DNA of 64,000 nt. It comes from Thermodesulfobacteriota bacterium. GTDB taxonomy: Bacteria; Desulfobacterota; Desulfobulbia; Desulfobulbales; SURF-16. A program made the translations under genes and the position numbers. The notes under the pieces were generated by a model. That model saw only the letters and a program-made list of their open reading frames with translations. It had not been told where the DNA came from and made no database searches. Where the stretch lies: positions 11,216 through 75,215 of the forward strand of contig JBMONN010000009.1 of assembly GCA_049323935.1 (NCBI GenBank), in the 5' to 3' direction. Positions 8,339 through 17,248 of the stretch are shown here, piece after piece (position 1 is the first letter of the stretch; each line of letters begins with the position of its first letter).

Positions 8339-9562
8339 ATGGACAACGAGAAGAGCAGCAACGAGATGAGTTTCGCCGAGATGTTCCAGGAGACGGAGAG
8401 TGCCGGGGAGCATCTGAGTCCCGGCCAGAAGGTGAAGGCGGCGATCGTCCGCATCGGCCGGGAATGGGTTTTTCTCGACCTGGGTGGAAAAAGCGAGGGG
8501 ACCCTGGCCCTGGCCGAGCTGCTTGATGAGGAGGGCAAACCGACGGTCAAGGAGGGAGACGCGATCGACGTCTATTTTCTCGGGGTGGAACGCAATGAAA
8601 AGGTCTTCACCACAAAGATCAGCGGGTCCCCGGGCCGGGCCCATCTCGAGGATGCCTGGCAGAGCGGCATTCCGGTGGAGGGAACGGTGCAGAAGGAGAT
8701 CAAGGGCGGCTTTGAGGTGAAGATCGGCGGGGCCCGCGCTTTCTGCCCCTTTTCTCAGATGGGTCTGCACAAAATTGCCGACAACGCGGAATACATCGGT
8801 CGCAAACTGGTGTTCCGCATCGTTGAATACAAGGAGAACGGCAGGAATGTCATCGTCTCCCATCGCCGCATCCTCGAAGAAGAGCGGCAGCGGCAAAAGG
8901 AGGCGCTGCGGGAGCGTCTCGAGGTCGGCCAGATCGTCGACGGTACTGTTACCTCGATCCGTGATTTCGGTGTCTTTGTCGATATCGGCGGTATTGAAGG
9001 GTTGATCCCGGTTTCTGAACTGGCCTACGGCCGGGTGGAGGATATCCATTCGGTGGTGGAAAAGGGTCAGCCGGTGCGGGTGATGATCAAGAAGCTCGAC
9101 TGGGACAACGACCGCTTTTCTTTTTCCCTGCGGGAGACCATGCCCGATCCCTGGCAATCGGCCGATCTGCACGAGGGTACCACGGTGACCGGCACGGTGG
9201 CGCGGCTGGTCGATTTCGGCGCCTTTGTCACCCTGGCGCCGGGCATTGACGGGCTCATTCACATCTCCCATCTCGGCGGTGGCCGCCGGATCAACCATCC
9301 CCGCGAGGTGGTGCGTCAGGGGCAGGAGCTTGAGGTGCGCATCGATTCCATCGATCGGGAACAGAAGCGTATTTCCCTTTCCCTGCCGCAGCAACAGGAG
9401 GAGGGAAAGGAAGAAAAGACGGTGCGCCGCAGAAAGAACAAGCCCGGCCGGGAAGACGCCATGGCTGACGAGTATCAGCGTTTCCGGGAAACGCGGAAGG
9501 ACGGCAAGGCAGCCTCCATGGGCACCTTTGCCGATCTGCTGAAGGGGCGGATCGACAAATGA
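8339..9562 (+). CDS. S1 RNA-binding domain protein (RpsA-like, four S1 repeats, basic C-terminus)
   Basis: Four repeats of the G..V.G.V......G.FV.L pattern (e.g. GTVTSIRDFGVFVDIGGIEGLIPVSEL). ATG 8339 chosen because ATG 8285 lies inside the repeat element. Confidence 0.8.
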   Translation: MDNEKSSNEMSFAEMFQETESAGEHLSPGQKVKAAIVRIGREWVFLDLGGKSEGTLALAELLDEEGKPTVKEGDAIDVYFLGVERNEKVFTTKISGSPGRAHLEDAWQSGIPVEGTVQKEIKGGFEVKIGGARAFCPFSQMGLHKIADNAEYIGRKLVFRIVEYKENGRNVIVSHRRILEEERQRQKEALRERLEVGQIVDGTVTSIRDFGVFVDIGGIEGLIPVSELAYGRVEDIHSVVEKGQPVRVMIKKLDWDNDRFSFSLRETMPDPWQSADLHEGTTVTGTVARLVDFGAFVTLAPGIDGLIHISHLGGGRRINHPREVVRQGQELEVRIDSIDREQKRISLSLPQQQEEGKEEKTVRRRKNKPGREDAMADEYQRFRETRKDGKAASMGTFADLLKGRIDK

Positions 9563-9617
9563 GCGCTCCGTGGCATTGAGATGAGCAGGCCGGTGCCAGG
9601 CGAGCGAGGAGGGACGA

Positions 9618-10211
9618 GTGAACGTCAGAAAAAAAATTCTCCTGGTTGATGATGAGGAGCTCATCGTCAACAGTCTCGCCATGGAGCTGGAAGGGGCCGG
9701 CTATGATGTTGCCACCGCCGCCAATGGTCGGGACGGGATTGACGCGCTCAGAAACGGCTATTTCAATCTGCTCGTCACCGATCTGATGATGGAGGGTATG
9801 GATGGCCTGGCCGTCCTCAAGGCGGCCAAAGAGATCGATCCGGAAATCGCGGTTATCATCCTCACCGGTTACGGGGAGGTGGATTCGGCGGTGGAGGCCC
9901 TGCGACTCGGAGCCTCCGACTATCTCCTCAAGCCCTGCAGTATTGATGAGTTGCAGGCGCGTATTGAAAAATGTCTGGAAACCCAGGATCTTGCCAGAAA
10001 AATCAGGATCTACGAAAAGATCCTGCCGGTCTGCCGCGAGTGCGGCAAGGTCAGCGCCGGGGAGAAGGGGAAAGGCGCCAACGGCGAATGGATCTCCATG
10101 GATCAGTTCATCAGTAAGAAGACCGGGCTCGGTATCAGCCACGGCTATTGTCCGGATTGTTTCGCCGAGGCGATGCGGGAAATCGAACTGGTGCGGAAAA
10201 ACAAGAAGTAA
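9618..10211 (+). CDS. Response regulator: canonical receiver + C-terminal four-Cys module
   Basis: LLVDDE, LLVTDLMMEGMDG, ILTGYG and YLLKP give a complete REC domain. C-terminus is ILPVCRECGK...W...ISHGYCPDCF. GTG start with a GAGGAGGG RBS. Confidence 0.85.
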   Translation: MNVRKKILLVDDEELIVNSLAMELEGAGYDVATAANGRDGIDALRNGYFNLLVTDLMMEGMDGLAVLKAAKEIDPEIAVIILTGYGEVDSAVEALRLGASDYLLKPCSIDELQARIEKCLETQDLARKIRIYEKILPVCRECGKVSAGEKGKGANGEWISMDQFISKKTGLGISHGYCPDCFAEAMREIELVRKNKK

Positions 10212-10217
10212 CTCGAG

Positions 10218-10235
10218 TCGGAAGTGTGCTTCCGA
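10218..10235. terminator. Hairpin between convergent genes (possible bidirectional terminator)
   Basis: TCGGAAG-tgtg-CTTCCGA, a perfect 7-bp stem between the RR stop (10211) and the rlmB stop (10267). No U-run on either strand. Confidence 0.3.
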
Positions 10236-10266
10236 TAATGAGGGCTGCTCCTCCGTTCGTGGGGGA

Positions 10267-11025
10267 TCAGCCTTTTTTTATGCCCTTTTGCCGGACAACC
10301 TCGAAGAGGATGACCCCGGCGGCGACCGAGGCGTTGAGGGAATCCATGCGCTGCATGGGAATGGTCACCCGGAAATCGCACTGCTGGGCGACCAGCGGGC
10401 GGATGCCCTTGTCTTCACCGCCGATGACCAGACAGAGCGGCCCGGAAAGATCGGTCTCATAAAGCGACGTCCCGCCCTCCTTGATGGTGCCGTAAACCCA
10501 GATCCCCATTTCTTTGAGCCGTTGCAGCATGCGGGCCAGGTTGGTTACCTGACAGACCGGCAGCACGGCCAGGGCGCCGGCGGAGATCTTTGCCACCGTC
10601 CCACTCAAAGGGGCGGAACGGTCTTTGGGGACGATCAGGCCGGTCGCTCCGGCGGCGGCGGCGGACCGGATAATGGCACCGAGATTGTGCGGGTCCTGGA
10701 TGGAGTCGAGGGCAACGACAAAGGGAGGAACCTGCTCTTCCAGCAGGGCGAGGAAGGCCTCTTCGTCCAGGGTGGCAAACGGCGCTCCCCTGGCAATGAC
10801 CCCCTGGTGGTTCATCTGTCTGTTGCCGGCCATCCGGAACTCGGCGGTGAATCGTACCGTTACCCCGGCATCACGGGCCTGATCGATGATCGCCTGGATC
10901 TTTGCCCCGCTTTTGCCCTTGAGAATCAGGATTTCGTGGATGGTGCGGGGGCGGGCGGCGAGCAGTTCAGCCACTGGATGGATGCCCCAGATCAGATTGT
11001 CGTCATGGGTGGTGTCGGTCTTCAT
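10267..11025 (-). CDS. rlmB: 23S rRNA (guanosine-2'-O)-methyltransferase, SpoU/TrmH family
   Basis: LIWGIHPV N-terminal substrate-binding domain. SPOUT motifs LDSIQDPHNLGAIIRSA, LVIGGEDKGI and IPM...DSLNASVAAGVILFE. Confidence 0.85.
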   Translation of the reverse strand: MKTDTTHDDNLIWGIHPVAELLAARPRTIHEILILKGKSGAKIQAIIDQARDAGVTVRFTAEFRMAGNRQMNHQGVIARGAPFATLDEEAFLALLEEQVPPFVVALDSIQDPHNLGAIIRSAAAAGATGLIVPKDRSAPLSGTVAKISAGALAVLPVCQVTNLARMLQRLKEMGIWVYGTIKEGGTSLYETDLSGPLCLVIGGEDKGIRPLVAQQCDFRVTIPMQRMDSLNASVAAGVILFEVVRQKGIKKG

Positions 11026-11034
11026 GGTGACGGC

Positions 11035-11643
11035 TTACAGCTCCGGCAGGACAAGGGGGAGACCGTCGCGGTCGCGGCGAGAGCGGCTGCGTTCGGCAAT
11101 GACAATGGCGCGCAGGGTGTCCACCGCCCGCTCCACCGTGTCGTTGACAATGAGGTAGTCATAGAGGGGGGCGTCCGCCATCTCCTGCCGGGCGTTTTTC
11201 AGGCGAAGGGCAATAACCTCGGCGGCATCGGTGCCCCGACCGGCCAGCCGTCGCTCCTGCTCCTGCCAGGAGGGCGGGACAAGAAAGATGGAACAGATAT
11301 TGTTCTCCACCGTTTTGCGCACCTGACGGGCTCCCTGGATATCGATGTCGAGAAAGACGTCGAGGCCGGCCGCCTGTTTTTCCTCCACCGCCATTCTGCT
11401 GGTGCCGTAAAAATTACCGTGCACCTCGGCCCATTCGAGAAACTCCCCGTGGTCGCGCATGGTGATGAAGGTCTGCCGGTCGACAAAATGATAGTCCACC
11501 CCGTTGCGTTCCCCCTGGCGGGGCGGCCTGGTGGTGTGGGAAACGGAGAAGGTGAGGCCGGTCAGCCCGGTGAAGAGCTGTTTGACGATGGTCGTTTTTC
11601 CCGTGCCGGACGGGGCGGAGAGGATGATGAGATTGCCGCTCAT
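11035..11643 (-). CDS. gmk: Guanylate kinase
   Basis: [11 protein letters not shown]-loop, [31 protein letters not shown]. Confidence 0.92.
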   Translation of the reverse strand: MSGNLIILSAPSGTGKTTIVKQLFTGLTGLTFSVSHTTRPPRQGERNGVDYHFVDRQTFITMRDHGEFLEWAEVHGNFYGTSRMAVEEKQAAGLDVFLDIDIQGARQVRKTVENNICSIFLVPPSWQEQERRLAGRGTDAAEVIALRLKNARQEMADAPLYDYLIVNDTVERAVDTLRAIVIAERSRSRRDRDGLPLVLPEL

Positions 11644-11918
11644 GGTTCATCCTCCGGAGCCGGGGAATCATTGAGGGTCGCCGGGGTGAAGCGCTGGGTG
11701 ATGGTTTCCGGCTGCACGGCGGAGAGGATGATGTGGTTGCTGTCAAGAATGATGATGGAACGGGTCTTGCGGCCCTCGGTCACGTCAATGAGTTTTTTCT
11801 GCTCCTTGGCCTCTTCCTTTAATTTCTTGATGGGCGCAGATTTGGGTTTCACCACGGCGAGGATGCGGCTTGCCACCACCGAGTTGCCGAATCCGACATT
11901 GATCATTCTCTGGTCCAT
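11640..11918 (-). CDS. RemA/DUF370 family protein
   Basis: [27 protein letters not shown]......[26 protein letters not shown]. Sits in the conserved yicC-remA-gmk arrangement. Internal ATG 11918 preferred over 11960. Confidence 0.8.
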   Translation of the reverse strand: MDQRMINVGFGNSVVASRILAVVKPKSAPIKKLKEEAKEQKKLIDVTEGRKTRSIIILDSNHIILSAVQPETITQRFTPATLNDSPAPEDEP

Positions 11919-12066
11919 AGACGTCTCTTGCCAAAAATTTTTGTACCTATCGAGCAGCACCGCCCCTGCATTGTCGTCGGCCTGGCCGTATACCTGGAAT
12001 ATAGCGGTCCAATCACCCGCGGAGTCTGCCCTTGAACTCGCTAAACCCCTAAAAACCTCATTTCCC

Positions 12067-12954
12067 CTACTCTAGATTCTGCACCTGTTCCCGCATTTTT
12101 TCCACCTCGTTTTTCAGTTCAACCGCCTGGTGGGCAATAGTAGCGTCGGAGATCTTCGATGCCATGGTGTTGATCTCCCGCAGAAATTCCTGCAAGAGGA
12201 AATCGAGCCGGCGGCCGACCGGTTCCTGTAGTTCGAGAAAATGACGGAACTGATCGATGTGGCTGGCGAGGCGGACCAGCTCTTCGGTGACATCCGCCTT
12301 GTCGGCCAGCAGGGCGATTTCCTGGGCAAGGCGGCTCGGATCGATTTCACTGTCCCCAGCAAGGCGCACCACTCGCTCGCGCAAGGCCTCCTGCTTCTGG
12401 GCGGTGAGCACGGGAATTCGTTCTTCGATCTGCCGCTTGACCCCGCTCAGAAAATCGAGCCGCTGCAGCAGATCGTTTTTCAGGGCCAGCCCCTCGCGCA
12501 GCCGCATGTCGTCGGTCAATCGCAGCGCCTGCTGCAGGGCCTGCAGCACCAGCGGCCACTCCTGTTCGACATCGCGCTCTTCTTCGTCGGCCATGATGAC
12601 TCCGGGAAAGGCGGCGATGAGATCGAGGGGATGACTTGAGGCCGGCAACAGCAGATCACTGGTGATCGCCTTGAGGCAGTCGTGATAGCGGCGGGCCAGG
12701 GGGAGGTTGACTGCGATGTTTTTCCCTTCCGTCAGGCCGTTTGCCGGGGTGAGTACCACCTCGATGTGGCCGCGACTGTAGGAGAGGGTGATTTCCTTTT
12801 TGATCCGTTCCTCCAAAACGGTGAACTGGCGGGGGATTTTTACCCGGATATCGGAAAAGCGATGGTTGACCGAACGGATCTCCACGGTCCAGCCGCCGGT
12901 TGCGGTCAGCTGTTCGCCCCGGCCGAAGGCGGTCATGCTGGCTGGATATCTCAT
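12067..12954 (-). CDS. yicC: YicC-family stress-induced protein / endoribonuclease
   Basis: SMTAFGRGE....[16 protein letters not shown]-terminus and C-terminal [11 protein letters not shown] motif. The start could instead be the internal ATG at 12936. Confidence 0.85.
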   Translation of the reverse strand: MRYPASMTAFGRGEQLTATGGWTVEIRSVNHRFSDIRVKIPRQFTVLEERIKKEITLSYSRGHIEVVLTPANGLTEGKNIAVNLPLARRYHDCLKAITSDLLLPASSHPLDLIAAFPGVIMADEEERDVEQEWPLVLQALQQALRLTDDMRLREGLALKNDLLQRLDFLSGVKRQIEERIPVLTAQKQEALRERVVRLAGDSEIDPSRLAQEIALLADKADVTEELVRLASHIDQFRHFLELQEPVGRRLDFLLQEFLREINTMASKISDATIAHQAVELKNEVEKMREQVQNLE

Positions 12955-13937
12955 GCAATGGCCTCCAGGAGTTCTTCAGTGGATACGGTTGCCGTGCCCA
13001 CCTTGCCGACGACGATGCCGGCGGCGAAATTGGCCAGGCTGGCAGCCTCGGCAAAAGAGAGACCGCTAGCCAGACCCAGGGCCAGGGTGGCGATCACCGT
13101 ATCGCCGGCGCCGGTGACGTCGTAGATCTCTTTAGCCACCGTCGGAATGGTGAAAAGCGGTTTGCCCTTTTCCAGCAGCGCCATGCCGGCCTCGCCGCGG
13201 GTGATGAGCACCGCGGTGCATTCGAGCCGTTCCCGCAGGGCAACAGCGGCGGCAAGGAGACTGTCGCTGTCGCAGATAGTGACGCCGGACATCATTTCCG
13301 CCTCGTGGTTGTTCGGAGTGATGATGGTGGCGTGGTGAAACAGGGCGGCATGGGTCGGTTTCGGATCAACGATCAACGGGATGGAATGGCGGCCCAGCAG
13401 CGCACGGAGATGATCCATCAAGCGGGCGCAGATCACCCCCTTGCAGTAGTCGGAGATAAGCACCGCGTCAAAGTCGGAGATGTGGTCGTCGAGAAAGGCG
13501 AGCAGAGCTGTCAGAGTCGCGTCGGCGAGGGGACCGGACTTCTCCCGGTCAAAGCGCACCACCTGCTGGCTTTGGGCGACGATACGGGTTTTTTTGGTGG
13601 TGGGTCGGTCAGCGCAGCGGACGATGCCGGTGGTGGGGGATTGCATCTGTTCAAGCAGGCTGAGGAGATGGTTGCCCATGAAATCGTCGCCGATCACCCC
13701 GCACAGACCGGCCTGGCCGCCGAGATCGTAGAGATTGTGCAGGACATTCGCCGCACCGCCGAGCAGCAGGCTTTCGTCGGTGACGTTGACCACCGGCACC
13801 GGCGCTTCCGGCGAGATGCGGGTGACCGTGCCCCAGATAAAGTGATCGACGATGATGTCGCCGATCACCAGTATCCTGGTGGAAGAAAATTTTGTGATGG
13901 CATCACGCAGATGCCCTTTGTCGAGGATTTCCAGCAC
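12951..13937 (-). CDS. rfaE: D-glycero-beta-D-manno-heptose-7-phosphate kinase (RfaE domain I type)
   Basis: ILVIGD.IVD.F..G...RISPEAPVPVV and the C-terminal DVTGAGDTVIA ribokinase-family motif. 4-nt overlap with yicC. Confidence 0.85.
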   Translation of the reverse strand: MLEILDKGHLRDAITKFSSTRILVIGDIIVDHFIWGTVTRISPEAPVPVVNVTDESLLLGGAANVLHNLYDLGGQAGLCGVIGDDFMGNHLLSLLEQMQSPTTGIVRCADRPTTKKTRIVAQSQQVVRFDREKSGPLADATLTALLAFLDDHISDFDAVLISDYCKGVICARLMDHLRALLGRHSIPLIVDPKPTHAALFHHATIITPNNHEAEMMSGVTICDSDSLLAAAVALRERLECTAVLITRGEAGMALLEKGKPLFTIPTVAKEIYDVTGAGDTVIATLALGLASGLSFAEAASLANFAAGIVVGKVGTATVSTEELLEAIA

Positions 13938-14186
13938 TCTCTGCTCCTCTGAGTATGACAGGTCGGAAAAAGCAACACTCCTCGGGCCGGAGCGGCAATG
14001 GTCATGCTGCTGTCCGTCGTGACAACGAACATCCCCTCTTTACCCTGATTTTTTTTATTTTGCCAGGATCTCTTCATGTTTTCGTGCACGACAGAGGATC
14101 CGCTGGGGACATTTTCGTTTAATTTGCCTGAATTGCGTAAAAATACCTGGGTGTCGAGGGTTCATGGTCTGGTGCCGAACTTTTTC

Positions 14187-14216
14187 TTGACCGGAAACGA
14201 CAAGAGGTGGTATAGG
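14187..14216 (+). promoter_or_regulatory. Putative sigma-70 promoter for the TonB/receptor pair
   Basis: TTGACC (14187-14192), 18-nt spacer, TATAGG (14211-14216). A perfect AAATTAATTT palindrome (14236-14245) follows. Confidence 0.3.
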
Positions 14217-14282
14217 CGGATCCTGGTAGCACTAAAAATTAATTTGTAACACAAAGCGGCGGAACGGGTAACGGGAGGGGCC

Positions 14283-14801
14283 ATGATGTTTGCATGCGCA
14301 CAGGCAAAGAGAAGGGAAAATCTGGAGGGTGCGACCAGTGGCGGTATGATCCGTATCAGCCGCCCGCCCGTAGTGGTGGCGGCGACGCGGATTTTCCTTT
14401 GTTGTATGTGCTTGTCGCCAGCCGTGCCGACGGCGGACGCCGCTGTCCGGCACTATATCGAGCTGGTGGCCAGCAGGGAGGAGAGCAAGGAAGCCGGGCG
14501 AAAGGAGAGCTATCTCCATGATATCCGGCAACGGATCGAGAGAAGCAGGCAGTATCCGCTTCCTGCCCGCCGGCGCGGCGAGGAGGGACGGGTAACGGTT
14601 GCATTTGCCCTTGATCATGATGGAAATCTGGAAAGCGTCGACCTGGCCTCATCGTGCCGGCATCGGCGTCTCAATCAGGCCGCCTTGGCGGCAGTCCGGC
14701 AGGCCGCGCCCTTTCCCGCCCCGCCAGCGGGCATCTTCCCGGCTCCCTTGGCCCTGTCCGTTGAACTGGTTTTTTCATTACAAGAGCCGGATGGTGAATG
14801 A
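14283..14801 (+). CDS. TonB-family energy transducer (C-terminal domain protein)
   Basis: N-terminal hydrophobic anchor, then YP..ARRRGEEGRVTVAFALDHDGNL.SV.L..S......N.AAL.AVRQA.PFP, the TonB C-terminal motif. Overlaps the receptor ORF by 4 nt. Confidence 0.75.
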   Translation: MMFACAQAKRRENLEGATSGGMIRISRPPVVVAATRIFLCCMCLSPAVPTADAAVRHYIELVASREESKEAGRKESYLHDIRQRIERSRQYPLPARRRGEEGRVTVAFALDHDGNLESVDLASSCRHRRLNQAALAAVRQAAPFPAPPAGIFPAPLALSVELVFSLQEPDGE

Positions 14802-14848
14802 TCTCGGCCCGGCTGGTAAATTTTATTGACCGAGGAGAAGAGAAAAGG

Positions 14849-17101
14849 ATGAATGAGAGAAGAAAATCGAGGGGCTTAGGAACGGCGTTGACGGTGACGA
14901 TGATATGCCAGCAGCTTGCCGTCGTTCTGCCGGGGATGGCGGGGGAGGTGAAAGAGAAGGTGCAAACGCCGCAAAGCCTGCCGGAGATCGCTGTGGTCGC
15001 CGACAGGATCATCACCCCGACCATGCAGACCGGCGAGACGGTCGCCACCGGCAGCCGGATCACGAAAAAAGGGCTGGAGATACAGGGGGTAGAGGCTGCG
15101 ACCAGCGTCTACGGGGGGCTCAATCTGCTGCCGGGCATCAGTGTCGAACGGGTCGATGCCAATGGACTGGCCGCAGAGATGAACACTATTCGGGTCCGCG
15201 GGGTGCGCGGCATGCTCGGCGCCCTGACCGTCCTCGGGGTGCCCAATTACGGCGGCAATCCCATTGGTCCTCGTGAATATCTCTACGATATGGAGAATAT
15301 GAGCGGCATCGCCGTTTACAAAGGGGCGGTGCCGGCGGACATCGGCGTCGGCGTCGGCAGCCGGGGTGGTGCCCTGGAACTTGAACCTGACTGGCCTGAT
15401 GAGGAGACGGGTATCCGTTTCAGTCAGGGATTCGGTCCCAACGATTACTCCAGGACATTTTTCCGGCTCGACAGTGGCCGGCTGGCGGATGAGAAAACAT
15501 CGCTGGCTGCTTCCGTGTCGTATACCGAAGCAGACAAGTGGCGAGGGCCGGGCACCTTGGGGCCGCGTCGCAATGCCAATCTGGCCGTGGGCCGACCGCT
15601 GGGGGAGGCGATTGAGATCAGATTGTGGGCCAATCACAACGATCTCGATCAACATCTGTACCGGCCCCTGACCTTTATCGATATCAGCGCACTGGGCGAT
15701 AATTATGAAAAGGATTACACCCGATCCATTACCGGCCAAGCCAGCCGGGACATTTTCTATTATGACTACAACCGGGGCGATTACCGCAACGACGATCTGT
15801 TCGCCGCCATCACCTTTCGGCCTGACGGGGCATGGCGGGCGAGCATCAAGCCTTATTATGCGGACGAGGGTGCGGAAATCTTTCAGGGCGTCGCCGCCAA
15901 TGGCGGCATGGTGCAGCAGCGTAACCGGGATATTGAGCGGTATGGCCTGATCGGAGAGGGAGTGATGGAAGGGGAACGTCTTACCACGACCATCGGTTAC
16001 CATTGTGAAGGCGCGGACATGAAGATATTCACCGAAAATTACGCGATAACCCCAACCGGTCTTGCCTCACGTGGCTACGGGGTCTTTGCCAGCAGCGGCT
16101 CCGGATATATCAACAGTCCCTATGTCAAGGTTGCCGGGACAACCGATTTGTGGGACTGGCAGGCCGGGCTCAAATATTTCCATTTCCGAGACGCGGCGAG
16201 CAAGGGGTACGTCACCGGCCCGGGACCGGACTATGCGCTGATGCGGGCAGGGGATCTCGACCGGGAAGCCGTGAACTATGATATCTGGCTGCCCACCCTT
16301 GGCGCCGCCCGGCGGCTCGGTGATAACGTGCAGATTCATGCCGGTTACGGGCGTGGTTTTATCCGGCCTTATTCCTATCTGCCGCTGGTCAGTCTTTACA
16401 ACAGTAATCGAGTGGTTTTCCAGGCCAGGGGAATCGATCTGCAGGCGCTTTTCGACGGCTACGACATGGAAAAATCAGATACCGTGGATATCGGTCTTCG
16501 TTATGACAGCGGCCGGTTGACAACGGATTTTACCGTGTTTTACGGCCGGCATCGGGATCTGCTCACCAGTGTCCATGATCCGAGGGTCAATCTCAATTAT
16601 CAGCAGAACATCGGCAGGGCCACCGCAGTCGGGGCGGAACTCGAGCTGAACCTCTGGCTGAGCGACAGCTTCTCCTTTTTTGTCAATCCCTCCTATACCT
16701 CCCTGACCTATGACGAGGATCTGACCTTTGCGGGGCAACGGCTTGCCACCGCAGGCAACCAGGTGGTGGACACCCCGGAGTGGCTTGTGAAAAGCGGGGT
16801 GATCTGGCGGCGCGGTCCGTTCGAAGTCGTGCCGATGGCGCGTTATATCGACAATCGCTGCGCCGATGTGGAGAATCGCCAGCAGGTTGATTCCTTTGTT
16901 GTCGTTGACTGCCGGCTGAGCTGCCTGCTGCCGCCGCTTCCCGGTTTTCGGGAAACGAAACTCGCCGTTGAATTCAAAAACATTTTTGACAAAAAATATG
17001 TGGCGGTAATCAATGCTTCCGACGATGCCCGCCAGGGCGCGGCAACCTTTTATCCTGGATCGCCACTGAGCGCTTTTGCCAGTCTTTCTCTGCTTTTCTG
17101 A
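14849..17101 (+). CDS. TonB-dependent outer-membrane receptor
   Basis: Signal peptide. Plug region (IAVVADRI...TGSRITKKGLE..G..A.SVYGGLNLLPGI). Long beta-barrel with terminal aromatic (...SLSLLF). ATG 14849 has an RBS. Confidence 0.85.
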   Translation: MNERRKSRGLGTALTVTMICQQLAVVLPGMAGEVKEKVQTPQSLPEIAVVADRIITPTMQTGETVATGSRITKKGLEIQGVEAATSVYGGLNLLPGISVERVDANGLAAEMNTIRVRGVRGMLGALTVLGVPNYGGNPIGPREYLYDMENMSGIAVYKGAVPADIGVGVGSRGGALELEPDWPDEETGIRFSQGFGPNDYSRTFFRLDSGRLADEKTSLAASVSYTEADKWRGPGTLGPRRNANLAVGRPLGEAIEIRLWANHNDLDQHLYRPLTFIDISALGDNYEKDYTRSITGQASRDIFYYDYNRGDYRNDDLFAAITFRPDGAWRASIKPYYADEGAEIFQGVAANGGMVQQRNRDIERYGLIGEGVMEGERLTTTIGYHCEGADMKIFTENYAITPTGLASRGYGVFASSGSGYINSPYVKVAGTTDLWDWQAGLKYFHFRDAASKGYVTGPGPDYALMRAGDLDREAVNYDIWLPTLGAARRLGDNVQIHAGYGRGFIRPYSYLPLVSLYNSNRVVFQARGIDLQALFDGYDMEKSDTVDIGLRYDSGRLTTDFTVFYGRHRDLLTSVHDPRVNLNYQQNIGRATAVGAELELNLWLSDSFSFFVNPSYTSLTYDEDLTFAGQRLATAGNQVVDTPEWLVKSGVIWRRGPFEVVPMARYIDNRCADVENRQQVDSFVVVDCRLSCLLPPLPGFRETKLAVEFKNIFDKKYVAVINASDDARQGAATFYPGSPLSAFASLSLLF

Positions 17102-17248
17102 GTTCCGGCAGCCGGCCGCTGCCAGCGATTTCTGCTTGACATTTCCATGCCGCTGTGACCACTAATAAAAGACGGAAAGGCGGAACACAGTGGTCATGAG
17201 CGGGTTGCGTTCCGGATCATGAAATGAGCAGAGCGGCCTGGTTGCATA

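Noticed and set aside
8303-9682. 459-aa minus-strand ORF opposite the S1-domain gene
   Set aside because: No domain signature, whereas the plus strand encodes four clear S1 repeats.
9802-12075. 757-aa plus-strand ORF spanning the RR 3' end, rlmB, gmk and remA
   Set aside because: It lies opposite three minus-strand genes with unambiguous motifs (SPOUT, guanylate kinase P-loop, DUF370). Its translation is low-complexity.
14876-16003. Other long antisense ORFs (14876..16003, 17761..18771, 21259..22038, 53489..54799, 54775..55713, 59559..60755, 46531..47670, 48842..50203, 51188..52372)
   Set aside because: Each overlaps a gene on the other strand that has strong family motifs. None has a recognisable domain or RBS.
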